From an uncultured Pelagibacteraceae bacterium (GTDB lineage: Bacteria; Pseudomonadota; Alphaproteobacteria; Pelagibacterales; Pelagibacteraceae), in the NCBI GenBank assembly GCA_902521615.1, contig CABYSJ010000001.1:124732-188731 (forward strand): 64,000 nt of DNA, read 5' to 3'. This document shows positions 10,983 to 21,832 of the stretch, one piece after another. Made by a program: the position numbers and the translations under genes. The notes beneath the pieces were generated by a model that had not been told where the DNA came from, made no database searches, and saw only the letters and a list, made by a program, of their open reading frames with translations. Every line of letters starts with the position of its first letter. The stretch's first letter is position 1.

Positions 10983-12186
10983 ATTTTAGTGATTTTATTG
11001 GATCCATTTTTGCAGCTTTAAAAGCTGGAAAGATTGAAACTATTATTGTTATTAATATTGAACAAATTGTTATTAATACTATAGATTTAATGTTTATTTC
11101 TGATGGCATTTTACTTAAAAAATATATTTCTTCAGGAAATAAACTAATATTAAAAGTTGAGCTTAAAAATTGCCTAAAATTTTCAATGTAAAGTGAAAAA
11201 GTAACACCTAAAAAAATTCCAAAAATTGTTGCTGAGGTTCCAATTATAAATCCAACTAAAAAAAATATTTTAATTATAGATTTATTCAAAACTCCTATAG
11301 ATTTTAAAATTGCAATATCTCTAGTTTTGTTTTTTACTAAAATTGTTAATCCAGAAATTATATTAAAAGCAGCTACAATTATTATTAATGATAGAATAAT
11401 AAACATTACATTTCTCTCTACTTTTAGTGCAGAAAATAATGAACTATTCATATCAGCCCAAGTGAATACAAAAGCATCTGGATAAAGACGCATTAAAGTT
11501 TCTTTATGATCCTCAATATTTTTTGGATCTTCGAAATAATATTCAGAAAATCTTTCATCAACATCTTTATCAAAAAACTCTTCTAAGGTTTTTAAATTTA
11601 TATAAGCAATATTCTCATCATATTCCGATAATCCACTTTCAAAAATTGAGATAATTAAGAAAGATGTTTGTTTTGGCAAAGAACCAATCAATGTCTGAAC
11701 ACCTGTAGGTGATGTAATTGAAACTTCATCGCCTATATCTAATCCTAAGGTATTACTTAAATCTCTACCAATAGAAATTGTATTTTTACTTAAATTTTTA
11801 GAACCAAAGAATTTATTATTATTCGTAATTTTAAGTTCTTTAAAATCTTTTTCTAAATAACCTTTTAAAAAAACACCTTTAGTACTATTCTTATAAAAAA
11901 TAACCGCCTCTCCATCATTTGAAAAAACTCTCTTGGAGAAATTTTTATCTGACATAGCAACAAGTGGTTTATCATAAGTTTTGACAACTGCATGTGCATT
12001 AAAGCCAACAATCTTATCAATTAATTCAGATCTAAATCCATTCATAACTGACATAACAATAATAAGGACTGCAACTCCAAGGCTTATGCCAATAAAAGAA
12101 AAGATTGATATTACATTCAAAAAGCCATCTTTTTTTCTGGCTTTTAAAAATCTAAAAGTAATTTCTTTTTCTAATGTAGAAATCAA
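10975..12186 (-). CDS. lolE: Lipoprotein-releasing ABC transporter permease (LolC/E)
   Basis: GISLGVAVLIIVMSVMNGF, IIIVAAFNIISGL, IYFLSKMPS. Confidence 0.92.
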   Translation of the reverse strand: MISTLEKEITFRFLKARKKDGFLNVISIFSFIGISLGVAVLIIVMSVMNGFRSELIDKIVGFNAHAVVKTYDKPLVAMSDKNFSKRVFSNDGEAVIFYKNSTKGVFLKGYLEKDFKELKITNNNKFFGSKNLSKNTISIGRDLSNTLGLDIGDEVSITSPTGVQTLIGSLPKQTSFLIISIFESGLSEYDENIAYINLKTLEEFFDKDVDERFSEYYFEDPKNIEDHKETLMRLYPDAFVFTWADMNSSLFSALKVERNVMFIILSLIIIVAAFNIISGLTILVKNKTRDIAILKSIGVLNKSIIKIFFLVGFIIGTSATIFGIFLGVTFSLYIENFRQFLSSTFNISLFPEEIYFLSKMPSEINIKSIVLITICSILITIIVSIFPAFKAAKMDPIKSLKYE

Positions 12187-13517
12187 ATTGAATTTTTTTG
12201 TTTAGTTATAATTTCTATAATTTTACTTAGCGGTAAATTTTGAGTTTCTTCACCAGTTACTTTGAACTCTAATAAATCGCCTTCGCCTTTCTTACCGATA
12301 ATAATTTGATATGGAGCACCAATTAAATTCATTTTTTTAATTTTTGATGAAAAATTTTCTTCTGTGTTATCAATGATTGCATCAATATTATTTTTGAGCA
12401 ATTCTTTATTAATATTGTTTGCTTTATCTAAAGCTGAGGAATCATTTTTATTTATCATAGGTATTAAAGCAATATCATAAGGAGCAACAGACAGTGGCCA
12501 TTTCATGATTTCATTTTTATCATCATATTTAGCCTCAATTATAGCCCCTACTAGTCTTGATACACCAATTCCATAGGATCCCATTTTAACAAAGTCTTTT
12601 TTTCCTCCAGGCAAATCAACAGATGCTCCCATTGGTTTTGAATACTTATCACCAAAATAAAATATATGACCTACTTCGATACCTTTTGTAATTAATTGAT
12701 TTTCTTTAGATACGATTTTTTCAAATTCTTCTTTATTAAACTTTTCATCAGTTACAGCATAGAACTGTTCATATTTTTTTCTCATACTTTCTAATGATCC
12801 TTTTTCTAGTTGTGTATCATCGTTATCAAGATCAAATATTCTTTTATCAGTGAAAATTTTACTTTCTCCTGTATCAGCAAGAATAATAAATTCATGAGAT
12901 AAATTTCCTCCAATAGGTCCTGTATCGGCAGCCATTGGTATTGCTGTCAAAGATAATCTTTTAAATGTTTTTAAATATGAAAGAAAAAATTTATTATAGG
13001 AATAAAAAGCTTCTTCATCAGATACATCGAATGAATAGGCATCTTTCATATAAAATTCTCTACCACGCATAATTCCAAATCTAGGTCTAATTTCATCTCT
13101 GAACTTCCATTGTATATGATATAAAAGTTGTGGGAGGGATTTATAAGATTTTATTGAAGACCTAAAAATTTCGGTAACTTGCTCTTCATTGGTTGGTCCA
13201 TATAACATTTCTCTATTTTGACGATCAGTTATTCTGAGCATCTCTTCACCATAATCATCGTAACGACCACTTTCTTTCCAAATTTCACTAGATTGAATTG
13301 TTGGCATTAATATTTCTTGTGCTCCAATTTTATTTTGTTCTTGTCTGACAATGTCTTCAATTTTTTTCATTACCTTAAAACCTAAAGGTAACCATGAATA
13401 AATTCCTGCAGAGGCTTGCTTAATCATGCCTACTCTAAGCATTAATTGATGAGATTTAATTTTTGCTTCTGAAGGATTATTTTTTAATATTGGTATAAAT
13501 GAATTTGATAAAAGCAT
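12183..13517 (-). CDS. proS: Proline--tRNA ligase (short alphaproteobacterial form)
   Basis: GIYSWLP, LYGPTNEE, KFRDEIRPRFGIMRGREFYMKDAYSF, MGSYGIGVSR. Confidence 0.97.
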   Translation of the reverse strand: MLLSNSFIPILKNNPSEAKIKSHQLMLRVGMIKQASAGIYSWLPLGFKVMKKIEDIVRQEQNKIGAQEILMPTIQSSEIWKESGRYDDYGEEMLRITDRQNREMLYGPTNEEQVTEIFRSSIKSYKSLPQLLYHIQWKFRDEIRPRFGIMRGREFYMKDAYSFDVSDEEAFYSYNKFFLSYLKTFKRLSLTAIPMAADTGPIGGNLSHEFIILADTGESKIFTDKRIFDLDNDDTQLEKGSLESMRKKYEQFYAVTDEKFNKEEFEKIVSKENQLITKGIEVGHIFYFGDKYSKPMGASVDLPGGKKDFVKMGSYGIGVSRLVGAIIEAKYDDKNEIMKWPLSVAPYDIALIPMINKNDSSALDKANNINKELLKNNIDAIIDNTEENFSSKIKKMNLIGAPYQIIIGKKGEGDLLEFKVTGEETQNLPLSKIIEIITKQKNSI

Positions 13518-13518
13518 C

Positions 13519-13764
13519 TTAATTAATCATATTTCTTAAATTTAAATATTCAAATTTAATTAATAAGTAAATTATTATGAAAATGACAGTAGTAATTCCA
13601 GTACAATAAAGGAATTTTTTCAGCATTTTTGGATTTTCAGGTGAGCCAGGATCCTCTCCGTCAATTTTAACAGTCTTTGTTCGATTCACATCAATAGGTA
13701 GAATAGCAAAAAAAACTATCCACCATATAATTATATAGATAATAGCTAAGCCTGTTGCGCTCAT
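13519..13764 (-). CDS. DUF1467-like small membrane protein
   Basis: YIIIWWIVFFAILP and DPGSPENP pattern; usual position between rnj and proS. Confidence 0.75.
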   Translation of the reverse strand: MSATGLAIIYIIIWWIVFFAILPIDVNRTKTVKIDGEDPGSPENPKMLKKFLYCTGITTVIFIIIYLLIKFEYLNLRNMIN

Positions 13765-15422
13765 TAAATTCTTACTAAATTGATATTAGTAAAAGGTTTT
13801 TTCCCTGTTCTCTCTTTAGAAAATTTTCTACAAGCAATTTTTAATGCATCAATAAGATTGTGTTCTTGTTGTTTGCTTCCAATTTTAAAAGTTCTAGAGG
13901 TTTTCTCTATTTCTTCTTCTAATCCATAAACAAAATCATCTCGATCATCTACAGGTAAACCACGAAATGAAAAAATAGGGTTGTTGTGTATATTACCTTT
14001 AGGTGTAATCATAATTGTTACCTCGAGATATCCATTTGCACTTAAATTTTTCCTATCTTTTATAGATTGTGAATCTGGATCAACACTAACACTGCCATCT
14101 AAGTAGAGTCTGCCACTTGGAGCCTTGTCATATACTTCAGGTTTTTCACCTGGATATAACTTAACGATATCGCCATTTTCTACTTGAACTGGATATGGCA
14201 CTTGCATTTCTTTTGCAAAATTAATGTGTTCTATCATGTGCCTATGTTCACCGTGTACAGGTATTACACATCTAGGTTTTACCCATTGATACATTTCTTT
14301 AAGGTCTTCTCTATTTGGATGTCCAGAAACATGTACAAATTCAGTTTCTTCGGATATTACTTCAATTCCATCTTTAACAAGTTGATTGTGAAGTTTATAA
14401 AGTTTTTTTTCATTACCAGGTATAATTTTTGAAGAAAAAATTACAGCATCACCTTTTTCAATAAAAACATCTGGATGAACATAACTAGAAATTCTCATCA
14501 TTGCACCCATTGGTTCGCCTTGACTTCCAGTACATAAATACACAATTTTTTCTCTTGAAAAATTTTTAGCTTCTCTTGGATCAATTGGCTCAATTGTATT
14601 TTTTAAATATCCACATTGACGCGCAGCTTTATAAATACGATGCATTGATCTACCAACTAAAGAGATTTGTCTTCCTGTTTGTTCTGCACAATAAAAAGCT
14701 GTCTCCATTCTAGCTACGTTAGAAGCAAATGAAGTTATGATAATTCTTTTTTTTAATCGAGACATAACGTTTAACATATTTTTTCTTACATCTAATTCTG
14801 AACCTGATCTACCGGCGCTAAAAACATTTGTTGAATCGCAAATCATTGCTAGCACTCCTTCTTCACCAATTTCCTTTAATCTTTTTTCGTTTATATTGTC
14901 TCCAATCAAAGGATTTGGATCTACCTTCCAATCTCCAGTATGCAAAATAACGCCTGCAGGAGTTTTTATTCTAAGTCCATTTGGTTCTAATATAGAATGC
15001 GTTAAAGTAATGTATTCAATTTCAAATGGATCCAGAGAAACCTTTCCATTTAACTCAACAATTTGTAAATCATTAGTTATATCGATTTGTTTTTCTCTAA
15101 ATTTTTCTCGAATTAATACAGCTGTAAAAGGAGTTGCAAAAATTTTACATTGTAATTTTGGCCATAGATGAGCAATCGCACCAATGTGATCCTCGTGTGC
15201 GTGTGTTAAAACTATTCCTAATAAATTATCTTTTCTTTCTACTATAAACCCAGGATCTGGATAAATTAAATCAACACCTGGAATAGTATCATCCGCAAAT
15301 GTTACCCCTATGTCGACCATAATCCATTTATGATCACTAGGCTGCCCATAGCCAAACAAATTCATGTTCATGCCTATTTCGCCTGATCCACCTAATGGAC
15401 AAAATAATAATTCATCTTTCAT
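13764..15422 (-). CDS. rnj: Ribonuclease J
   Basis: PLGGSGEIGMN, THAHEDHIG, HTGDWK, HVSGH, PVHGE. Confidence 0.96.
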   Translation of the reverse strand: MKDELLFCPLGGSGEIGMNMNLFGYGQPSDHKWIMVDIGVTFADDTIPGVDLIYPDPGFIVERKDNLLGIVLTHAHEDHIGAIAHLWPKLQCKIFATPFTAVLIREKFREKQIDITNDLQIVELNGKVSLDPFEIEYITLTHSILEPNGLRIKTPAGVILHTGDWKVDPNPLIGDNINEKRLKEIGEEGVLAMICDSTNVFSAGRSGSELDVRKNMLNVMSRLKKRIIITSFASNVARMETAFYCAEQTGRQISLVGRSMHRIYKAARQCGYLKNTIEPIDPREAKNFSREKIVYLCTGSQGEPMGAMMRISSYVHPDVFIEKGDAVIFSSKIIPGNEKKLYKLHNQLVKDGIEVISEETEFVHVSGHPNREDLKEMYQWVKPRCVIPVHGEHRHMIEHINFAKEMQVPYPVQVENGDIVKLYPGEKPEVYDKAPSGRLYLDGSVSVDPDSQSIKDRKNLSANGYLEVTIMITPKGNIHNNPIFSFRGLPVDDRDDFVYGLEEEIEKTSRTFKIGSKQQEHNLIDALKIACRKFSKERTGKKPFTNINLVRI

Positions 15423-15423
15423 A

Positions 15424-16170
15424 TTATTTAATTAACTTTGAAATCTTTATTAAGCCTTTAATTGTAATATCTTGGTTGTGACTTGCTTTCGTTTTTATTG
15501 ATTTTTTAAATAAATCAGAAAATCCACCAGTAATAATTACTTTAAAAGATTTTCCAGTTTCCTTCTTAATTAAATTAATAATATTGTCAATTAAACCCGC
15601 ATAACCCCAAAAAAAACCTGATCTAACAGCAGATATTGTATTTTTGCCAATCACTTTATTAATCTTTTTTAAATCTATTTTTGGAATCAAAGTTGCTTTG
15701 TCAGACAAGGTATTAAGAGACAATCTCACACCCGGGGCAATAATTCCTCCAAAATAAGTATTTCTAATAAGTACATCGAAAGTTGTTGCTGTACCAAAAT
15801 CTAAAACTATAAAATTATTTTTGTTATTCATTAAACTTATAGCATTAGTAATTCTATCTGAGCCTACCTGTTTATAATCTACTTTGATTTTTATAAGTGA
15901 TTTTAGGTTTAATTTTTTAACCTCATAGCATTTTAGTTTAACTTTTTTCGATAAAAATTTATTAATTATAGAAAATGTTTTTGGAACGACACTACAAAAT
16001 AATATTTTTTCAATTTTATTTAATTGAATTTTATTTTTTTTAAATAAAATATTAAGCTGCCTTTTATTTATAGATTTTGATAAAAAAGTAATTTTTTTTG
16101 AAATTTTATTATTTTTAGAAACAATACATAATTTTGTTTCCGTATTACCAATATCACCTAGAATATACAT
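15424..16170 (-). CDS. coaX: Type III pantothenate kinase
   Basis: GDIGNTETK, VGSDR, VLDFGTATTFD, GGIIAPG, TGGF. Confidence 0.93.
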   Translation of the reverse strand: MYILGDIGNTETKLCIVSKNNKISKKITFLSKSINKRQLNILFKKNKIQLNKIEKILFCSVVPKTFSIINKFLSKKVKLKCYEVKKLNLKSLIKIKVDYKQVGSDRITNAISLMNNKNNFIVLDFGTATTFDVLIRNTYFGGIIAPGVRLSLNTLSDKATLIPKIDLKKINKVIGKNTISAVRSGFFWGYAGLIDNIINLIKKETGKSFKVIITGGFSDLFKKSIKTKASHNQDITIKGLIKISKLIK

Positions 16171-16173
16171 TAT

Positions 16174-16710
16174 TTAATTTTTATACAATTTCGATAAATT
16201 TTTTTCAAAAAGTTGTTTTAGTTTATTTTCTACAATCAATTTACTAATACTTTTTTTAGTTACCTCTTGCAAGTTTGTGGCAGGATAATTCCTTATAATT
16301 GGATTTTTTTTTATATTTATGCCTATGCCAGTAATTAAAAATTTTTTACCTCTTATAAATATGACTTCTTGTAAAATGCCACTAATCTTTTTTTTATCAA
16401 TTAATAAGTCATTTGGTTTTTTAAATAAAATTTTTTTACTTGTAAATAACGAGAGTAATTTTTTTACTAAAAGACAATTGATTTTTGTTATAGTGTTAAT
16501 CGATAGTTTTGTTTTATTAAGTTCATTGAAGAAAGATATAAACAAATTTCCTTTTGACGATATCCATTTTCTTCCATACTGTCCTCTACCATTCACTTGT
16601 GTTTCAGCAACAACCATACCTAATTTATATTTAGTTTCTTTGATAATTCTTATTGCAGTATTATTAGTGCTTTTAACTTTTTTAAATTTAAATTTTTTTA
16701 ATTTCATCAA
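16174..16710 (-). CDS. birA: Biotin--protein ligase, minimal catalytic domain
   Basis: STN, QVNGRGQYGRKW, KPND, KISGIL, GIGIN; follows nuoN. Confidence 0.88.
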   Translation of the reverse strand: MMKLKKFKFKKVKSTNNTAIRIIKETKYKLGMVVAETQVNGRGQYGRKWISSKGNLFISFFNELNKTKLSINTITKINCLLVKKLLSLFTSKKILFKKPNDLLIDKKKISGILQEVIFIRGKKFLITGIGINIKKNPIIRNYPATNLQEVTKKSISKLIVENKLKQLFEKNLSKLYKN

Positions 16711-18125
16711 ATAATATTAATTCTTGAAACAACTTCTATTAACTGACTTGGGAATATGAAGTATAAAAGAATTAATATCGTTGAAACTGTAAGTGAAAAT
16801 TTTAACCATAAACTATGGTCAGTATCGTATTTGTCTTTTTCTTTATCAAAGTAAATTATTTTTATAATTCTTAAATAATAAAAAGCTGCAACTACTGTAG
16901 ATAACAATCCTACTATAGCTAAGAAAAACATTGATTGTTCTAACACTGCTTTAAAAACATAAAACTTAGCAAAGAAACCAGCTAGAGGTGGTATTCCAGC
17001 TAAAGAAAAGAGTATTACAAGCAAACACAGAGATAATAGTGGATGGTTTTTTGATAATCCTGAGAGATCCTCAATATTCTCATAATATTGATCCTTTCTT
17101 CTTAACATCAATAGACATGAGAAAAAAGCTAAATTCATAACTACGTATATTGAAATATAGATTATTGAACTTTGAATTCCTTCATTCGAAGCTGTGGCTA
17201 GTCCTGCTAATGTGTAACCAATATGTCCAATAGAACTATAAGCAATTAGTCTTTTAATATTTGTTTGTCCTATTGCAGCAACAGCTCCAAAAACCATGGA
17301 AGCAATTGATAAGAAAATTATTATCATTTGCCATTGATCAATTAAATTTAGGAAAGGAACATATAAAAATCTTATAAATACAGTTAAAGCAGCGATCTTT
17401 GGTACTATTGTAAAAAATAAAGTTACAGTTGTTGGTGACCCCTCGTAAACATCAGGTGCCCACATATGAAATGGAACTGCAGAAATTTTAAATGCTAAAC
17501 CAACTAAGATAAATACAATTCCAAATGTTAAAACATATTCATTAGAATTTAATTGATTTGATATTATATCAAAATTAGTTGAGCCTGAAAAACCATAAAC
17601 TAAAGAACATCCATATAATAACAATCCTGAAGATAGTGCACTTAAAACAAAATATTTCAAACCAGCTTCGGATGATTTTAGTTGATCTCTATTATATGTT
17701 GCTAATACGTAAAGAGCTAATGATTGTAATTCTAATCCCATATAAAAAACAATTAAATCATTTGAACTAATCATCACCATCATACCAAGTATAGAGCTCA
17801 AAATAAGAACTGGGTATTCGATATTATATATTTTAAATGTTTTTAAATAGTTTGATGAAATAACTAAAACTAAAAAACCTCCAATTAAAGTTATAATTTT
17901 CATTAGTGAAGACATGCTGTCAATCACAACACTTTCATTAAACAATGTTTCCCTACTAACCGAGAACGTTTCGTTTATTGTTATTATTGCTGTAATTAAA
18001 ATTGTAAACAAAGATAGATTGAAAGTGATTTTTGAACTATTTTTTTTAAAAACACCCAAAATAAGTAAAAACATTATTGAAAGTGAAATAAATATTTCAG
18101 GTAATACTAAATTTAAATTTTCCAT
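16707..18125 (-). CDS. nuoN: NADH-quinone oxidoreductase subunit N
   Basis: EAGLKYF, FKISAVPFHMWAPDVYEG, GIPPLAGFFAK. Confidence 0.97.
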   Translation of the reverse strand: MENLNLVLPEIFISLSIMFLLILGVFKKNSSKITFNLSLFTILITAIITINETFSVSRETLFNESVVIDSMSSLMKIITLIGGFLVLVISSNYLKTFKIYNIEYPVLILSSILGMMVMISSNDLIVFYMGLELQSLALYVLATYNRDQLKSSEAGLKYFVLSALSSGLLLYGCSLVYGFSGSTNFDIISNQLNSNEYVLTFGIVFILVGLAFKISAVPFHMWAPDVYEGSPTTVTLFFTIVPKIAALTVFIRFLYVPFLNLIDQWQMIIIFLSIASMVFGAVAAIGQTNIKRLIAYSSIGHIGYTLAGLATASNEGIQSSIIYISIYVVMNLAFFSCLLMLRRKDQYYENIEDLSGLSKNHPLLSLCLLVILFSLAGIPPLAGFFAKFYVFKAVLEQSMFFLAIVGLLSTVVAAFYYLRIIKIIYFDKEKDKYDTDHSLWLKFSLTVSTILILLYFIFPSQLIEVVSRINII

Positions 18126-18126
18126 A

Positions 18127-19608
18127 TTATTTACTAGCTATATTTGTGTTATGCATATTAATTAGGTCAGTCACAGAAACTTCAATGGTGTTTATTAATG
18201 GATCAGGATAAAAACCAAAAAATAAGATTGGTGCAGCTAAACAACTTAATATAAAGTATTCAGATCTATTTAAATCTAAAATTGTTTTAAGATCTTTGTT
18301 TATTAATTTTCCAAATATTACTCTTTTATAAAGCCACAACATGTATGCAGCTCCTAAAATCACCCCAATACTTGCTATAACTGCCACTAAAAAATTATCT
18401 TTAAAAGCTCCCATTAATATTAAAAACTCACCGATAAAACCACTGGTTCCAGGTAAACCTAGAGATGCCAAAGCAAATAACATAAACAATATTGAATATT
18501 TTGGAATTACAGAAACTAGTCCTCCATATGTACTTATTAATCTAGAATGCATTCTGTCATAAACTACACCAACAGTTAAAAATAATGCTGCTGAAACTAA
18601 TCCGTGGCTAATCATTTGAATTATACTTCCTTCAATTCCCTGCTGTTGCAAAGTGAATATACCCAAAGTTACAAAACCCATATGCGCAACTGATGAATAA
18701 GCAATTAATTTTTTCATATCTTCCTGCATTAAAGCTATCAGTGAGGTAAATATGATTGCTATAACACTCAAGGTGTAAATTAATGGAGTAAATACCTCTG
18801 ATGCAATTGGGAAAAGGCCTAAAGAAAATCTTATAAAACCATATCCAGCCATCTTTAATAATATAGCAGCTAACAAAACAGATCCAGCAGTAGGAGCCTC
18901 GACATGTGCATCGGGTAACCAAGTATGAACTGGCCACATAGGTGTTTTAACGGCAAATGAGCTAAAAAATGCTAACCACAAAAGATTTTGATATTTAACA
19001 TCAATACCAATTTCGTAAAGTTGAACTACGTCAGTTGTTCCTGTAATCCAATAAATTGAAATTATTGCAACTAACATCAAAACAGATCCTAACAATGTGT
19101 ATAAAAAGAATTTGAATGCTGAATAAACTCTTCTTTCACCTCCCCAAATACCAATAATTAAAAACATTGGGATTAAGCCAGCTTCAAAAAATAAATAGAA
19201 TACAACTAAATCAAGTGCACAGAAAACACCTATCATGAAACTTTCCATGATTAAAATTGCAATTAAAAAATCTCTTAATCTATTTTTAACTGAATTATTT
19301 ACAGATATAATACAAATGGGAGTTATAAATGTAGTTAAAATAATAAATAAAATTGAAATACCATCTACTCCAACTTTATAATTAATAAATCCTTCAATCC
19401 ATACTCTATCTTCTACAAATTGAAAACTAGATGTTGATTGGTCAAAAGAAATCCATAGATAAATCGAAATTAAAAAGTTTACTACAGTTGTAAATAAAGC
19501 AACATATTTAGCAGTTAAATTATTTCCTTCTTTATCTTTAGTAAAAAATAAAAATAAAGCACCAACTATTGGCAATAATATTAAAGATGAAAGAATAGGA
19601 AAATTCAT
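18127..19608 (-). CDS. nuoM: NADH-quinone oxidoreductase subunit M
   Basis: VKTPMWPVHTWLPDAHVEAPT, LLKMAGYG, LGLPGTSGFIGEF. Confidence 0.97.
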   Translation of the reverse strand: MNFPILSSLILLPIVGALFLFFTKDKEGNNLTAKYVALFTTVVNFLISIYLWISFDQSTSSFQFVEDRVWIEGFINYKVGVDGISILFIILTTFITPICIISVNNSVKNRLRDFLIAILIMESFMIGVFCALDLVVFYLFFEAGLIPMFLIIGIWGGERRVYSAFKFFLYTLLGSVLMLVAIISIYWITGTTDVVQLYEIGIDVKYQNLLWLAFFSSFAVKTPMWPVHTWLPDAHVEAPTAGSVLLAAILLKMAGYGFIRFSLGLFPIASEVFTPLIYTLSVIAIIFTSLIALMQEDMKKLIAYSSVAHMGFVTLGIFTLQQQGIEGSIIQMISHGLVSAALFLTVGVVYDRMHSRLISTYGGLVSVIPKYSILFMLFALASLGLPGTSGFIGEFLILMGAFKDNFLVAVIASIGVILGAAYMLWLYKRVIFGKLINKDLKTILDLNRSEYFILSCLAAPILFFGFYPDPLINTIEVSVTDLINMHNTNIASK

Positions 19609-21518
19609 TATTTAACTATTAAAAAGGTTAGTAAAGCAGAGAAACCTAATAACATTACAAATGCATATTGATAGATAAAACCACTTTGAAATTTGGTTGC
19701 TTTAATTGAACATTTTTTTATAAAAGAAGAAATTCCATCAGGACCAAAACCATCAATTATGGTTCCATCACAAAATTTCCATAAAAATAAACCTAGTTTT
19801 TTTGAAGATTTAATAAACAACACATCATATAACTCATCAAAGTACCATTTATTTACTAAAAAATTATACAAAGGTTTGTTCATTGAAGCTATTGAGTAAG
19901 GTAATTCTTTGTTCTTAACAAATAAGTAATAAGCAATTGGAATAGATAATAAAACCAAACACGGTGTTAAAAGTAAAAACCATAAAGGTGGGTGCTCAGT
20001 GCTTAAAGGCTCTAAAAACTTAATAGACTCTGCCCAGAATAAATTCTCACCATGACCGATAAATAGTCCTTTAAATAGAAAACCAGCAAAAACAGCTCCT
20101 ATTGAAAGAATAAATAATGGAACAAGCATAACTAATGGAGACTCGTGTGTTTCCTCTATCTTGATCTCTTTGTTATTGTACTCACCATGGAAAGTTTTAA
20201 ATATCAATCTCCATGAATAAATAGATGTTAAAAATGCTGTAATTATTCCAATTCCAGCTGCATAATAACCAGTAGTATTACCTTTTAAATACGCAAATTC
20301 TATAATTGCGTCTTTAGAATAAAATCCTGATAAAAATGGAAAACCTGTCAAAGCAAGCGTTCCTATTATCATTAAAGCATAAGTATATGGTAACTTTTTC
20401 CATACACCTCCCATATTATTTATATTTTGCTCATCTTTAAATGCGTGGATTACTGAACCAGATCCTAAAAATAATAAAGCTTTGAAAAAAGCATGAGTAA
20501 ATAAGTGAAACATAGCAACATTGTATGCACCTACTCCAGCTGCAAAAAACATATAACCAAGTTGACTGCATGTAGAATAAGCAATGATTTTTTTTATATC
20601 TGTTTGAACTAGAGCGACAGTTGCTGCAAAGAATGCTGTAGTCATTCCAACGATAGTTATAAAATTAAGTATTAATGGTGAATATTCATAAATTGGAGAG
20701 CATCTTACTACTAAAAAAACACCAGCTGTTACCATCGTTGCTGCGTGAATCAATGCAGAAACTGGAGTTGGACCTTCCATAGCATCAGGTAGCCAAGTAT
20801 GTAGTAATATCTGTGCAGATTTACCCATTGCCCCTATAAATAAAAGCAAACAAACTAAATCTATTGCATTAACTTCAAAACCTAAAAAGGATAAACTTTT
20901 ATCTACAACTGTTGGAATCTGTTGAAAAACTTCTGAATAATTAACTGTTCCGAATAAATAAAATATTAAGAAAATTCCTAAAGCAAAACCAAAATCACCT
21001 ACTCTATTTATAACAAATGCTTTTATGGCTGCAGCATTTGCACTTTCTTTTTTAAACCAAAAACCAATTAGGAAATATGAACAAAGACCCACACCTTCCC
21101 AGCCAAAAAATAGTTGAATAAAATTATCTGATGTTACAAGCATCAACATTGCAAATGTGAATAATGATAAATAAGCCATAAATCTTGGTTTATGAGGATC
21201 ATGAGACATGTAACCAATTGAATAGATGTGTACTAAGGCAGATACAGATGTTACAACTACTAACATCACTGCTGATAAAGGATCAATTAACATTGACCAA
21301 TTTACATCAAGTGAACCTGAGCTTATCCAGGTGGCTATAACAATATTTTCTTCGTATTGGTTTACGATTACTTGATAAAGAACATAAATTGATAAGAGTG
21401 CAGAAATTGAAACTAGAACACTTGTTACAATTTCAGAATTTCTATCACCGATATATCTCCCAAAAAAACCTGATATAATTGAAGCAATAAGTGGAAGGAA
21501 TATAATTGATAGTTCCAT
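19608..21518 (-). CDS. nuoL: NADH-quinone oxidoreductase subunit L
   Basis: GWEGVGLCSYFLIGFW, WLPDAMEGPTPVSALIHAATMV, HAFFKALLFL. Confidence 0.98.
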   Translation of the reverse strand: MELSIIFLPLIASIISGFFGRYIGDRNSEIVTSVLVSISALLSIYVLYQVIVNQYEENIVIATWISSGSLDVNWSMLIDPLSAVMLVVVTSVSALVHIYSIGYMSHDPHKPRFMAYLSLFTFAMLMLVTSDNFIQLFFGWEGVGLCSYFLIGFWFKKESANAAAIKAFVINRVGDFGFALGIFLIFYLFGTVNYSEVFQQIPTVVDKSLSFLGFEVNAIDLVCLLLFIGAMGKSAQILLHTWLPDAMEGPTPVSALIHAATMVTAGVFLVVRCSPIYEYSPLILNFITIVGMTTAFFAATVALVQTDIKKIIAYSTCSQLGYMFFAAGVGAYNVAMFHLFTHAFFKALLFLGSGSVIHAFKDEQNINNMGGVWKKLPYTYALMIIGTLALTGFPFLSGFYSKDAIIEFAYLKGNTTGYYAAGIGIITAFLTSIYSWRLIFKTFHGEYNNKEIKIEETHESPLVMLVPLFILSIGAVFAGFLFKGLFIGHGENLFWAESIKFLEPLSTEHPPLWFLLLTPCLVLLSIPIAYYLFVKNKELPYSIASMNKPLYNFLVNKWYFDELYDVLFIKSSKKLGLFLWKFCDGTIIDGFGPDGISSFIKKCSIKATKFQSGFIYQYAFVMLLGFSALLTFLIVK

Positions 21519-21520
21519 GG

Positions 21521-21832
21521 TTATCCTTTTAACTTATCTATTTCTTCAACTCGTATTGTTCCTGAGTTTCTGAAATATACAACAATGATTGCTAATCCTA
21601 TGGCCGCTTCTGCTGCTGCAACAGTGAGAATAAATAAAGTAAAGACTTGTCCTGCCAAATCTCCCAAATAAATAGAAAAGGCAACTAAGTTGATATTTAC
21701 TGCAAGTAATATCAGTTCAATACTCATTAATATAACAATGATGTTCTTTCTATTAAGAAAAATACCAATTACTCCAATTGAGAAAATAACAGCTCCTAAA
21801 GTCAAATAATGTCCTAAACCTATATCAATCAT
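21521..21832 (-). CDS. nuoK: NADH-quinone oxidoreductase subunit K
   Basis: [24 protein letters not shown]. Confidence 0.97.
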   Translation of the reverse strand: MIDIGLGHYLTLGAVIFSIGVIGIFLNRKNIIVILMSIELILLAVNINLVAFSIYLGDLAGQVFTLFILTVAAAEAAIGLAIIVVYFRNSGTIRVEEIDKLKG

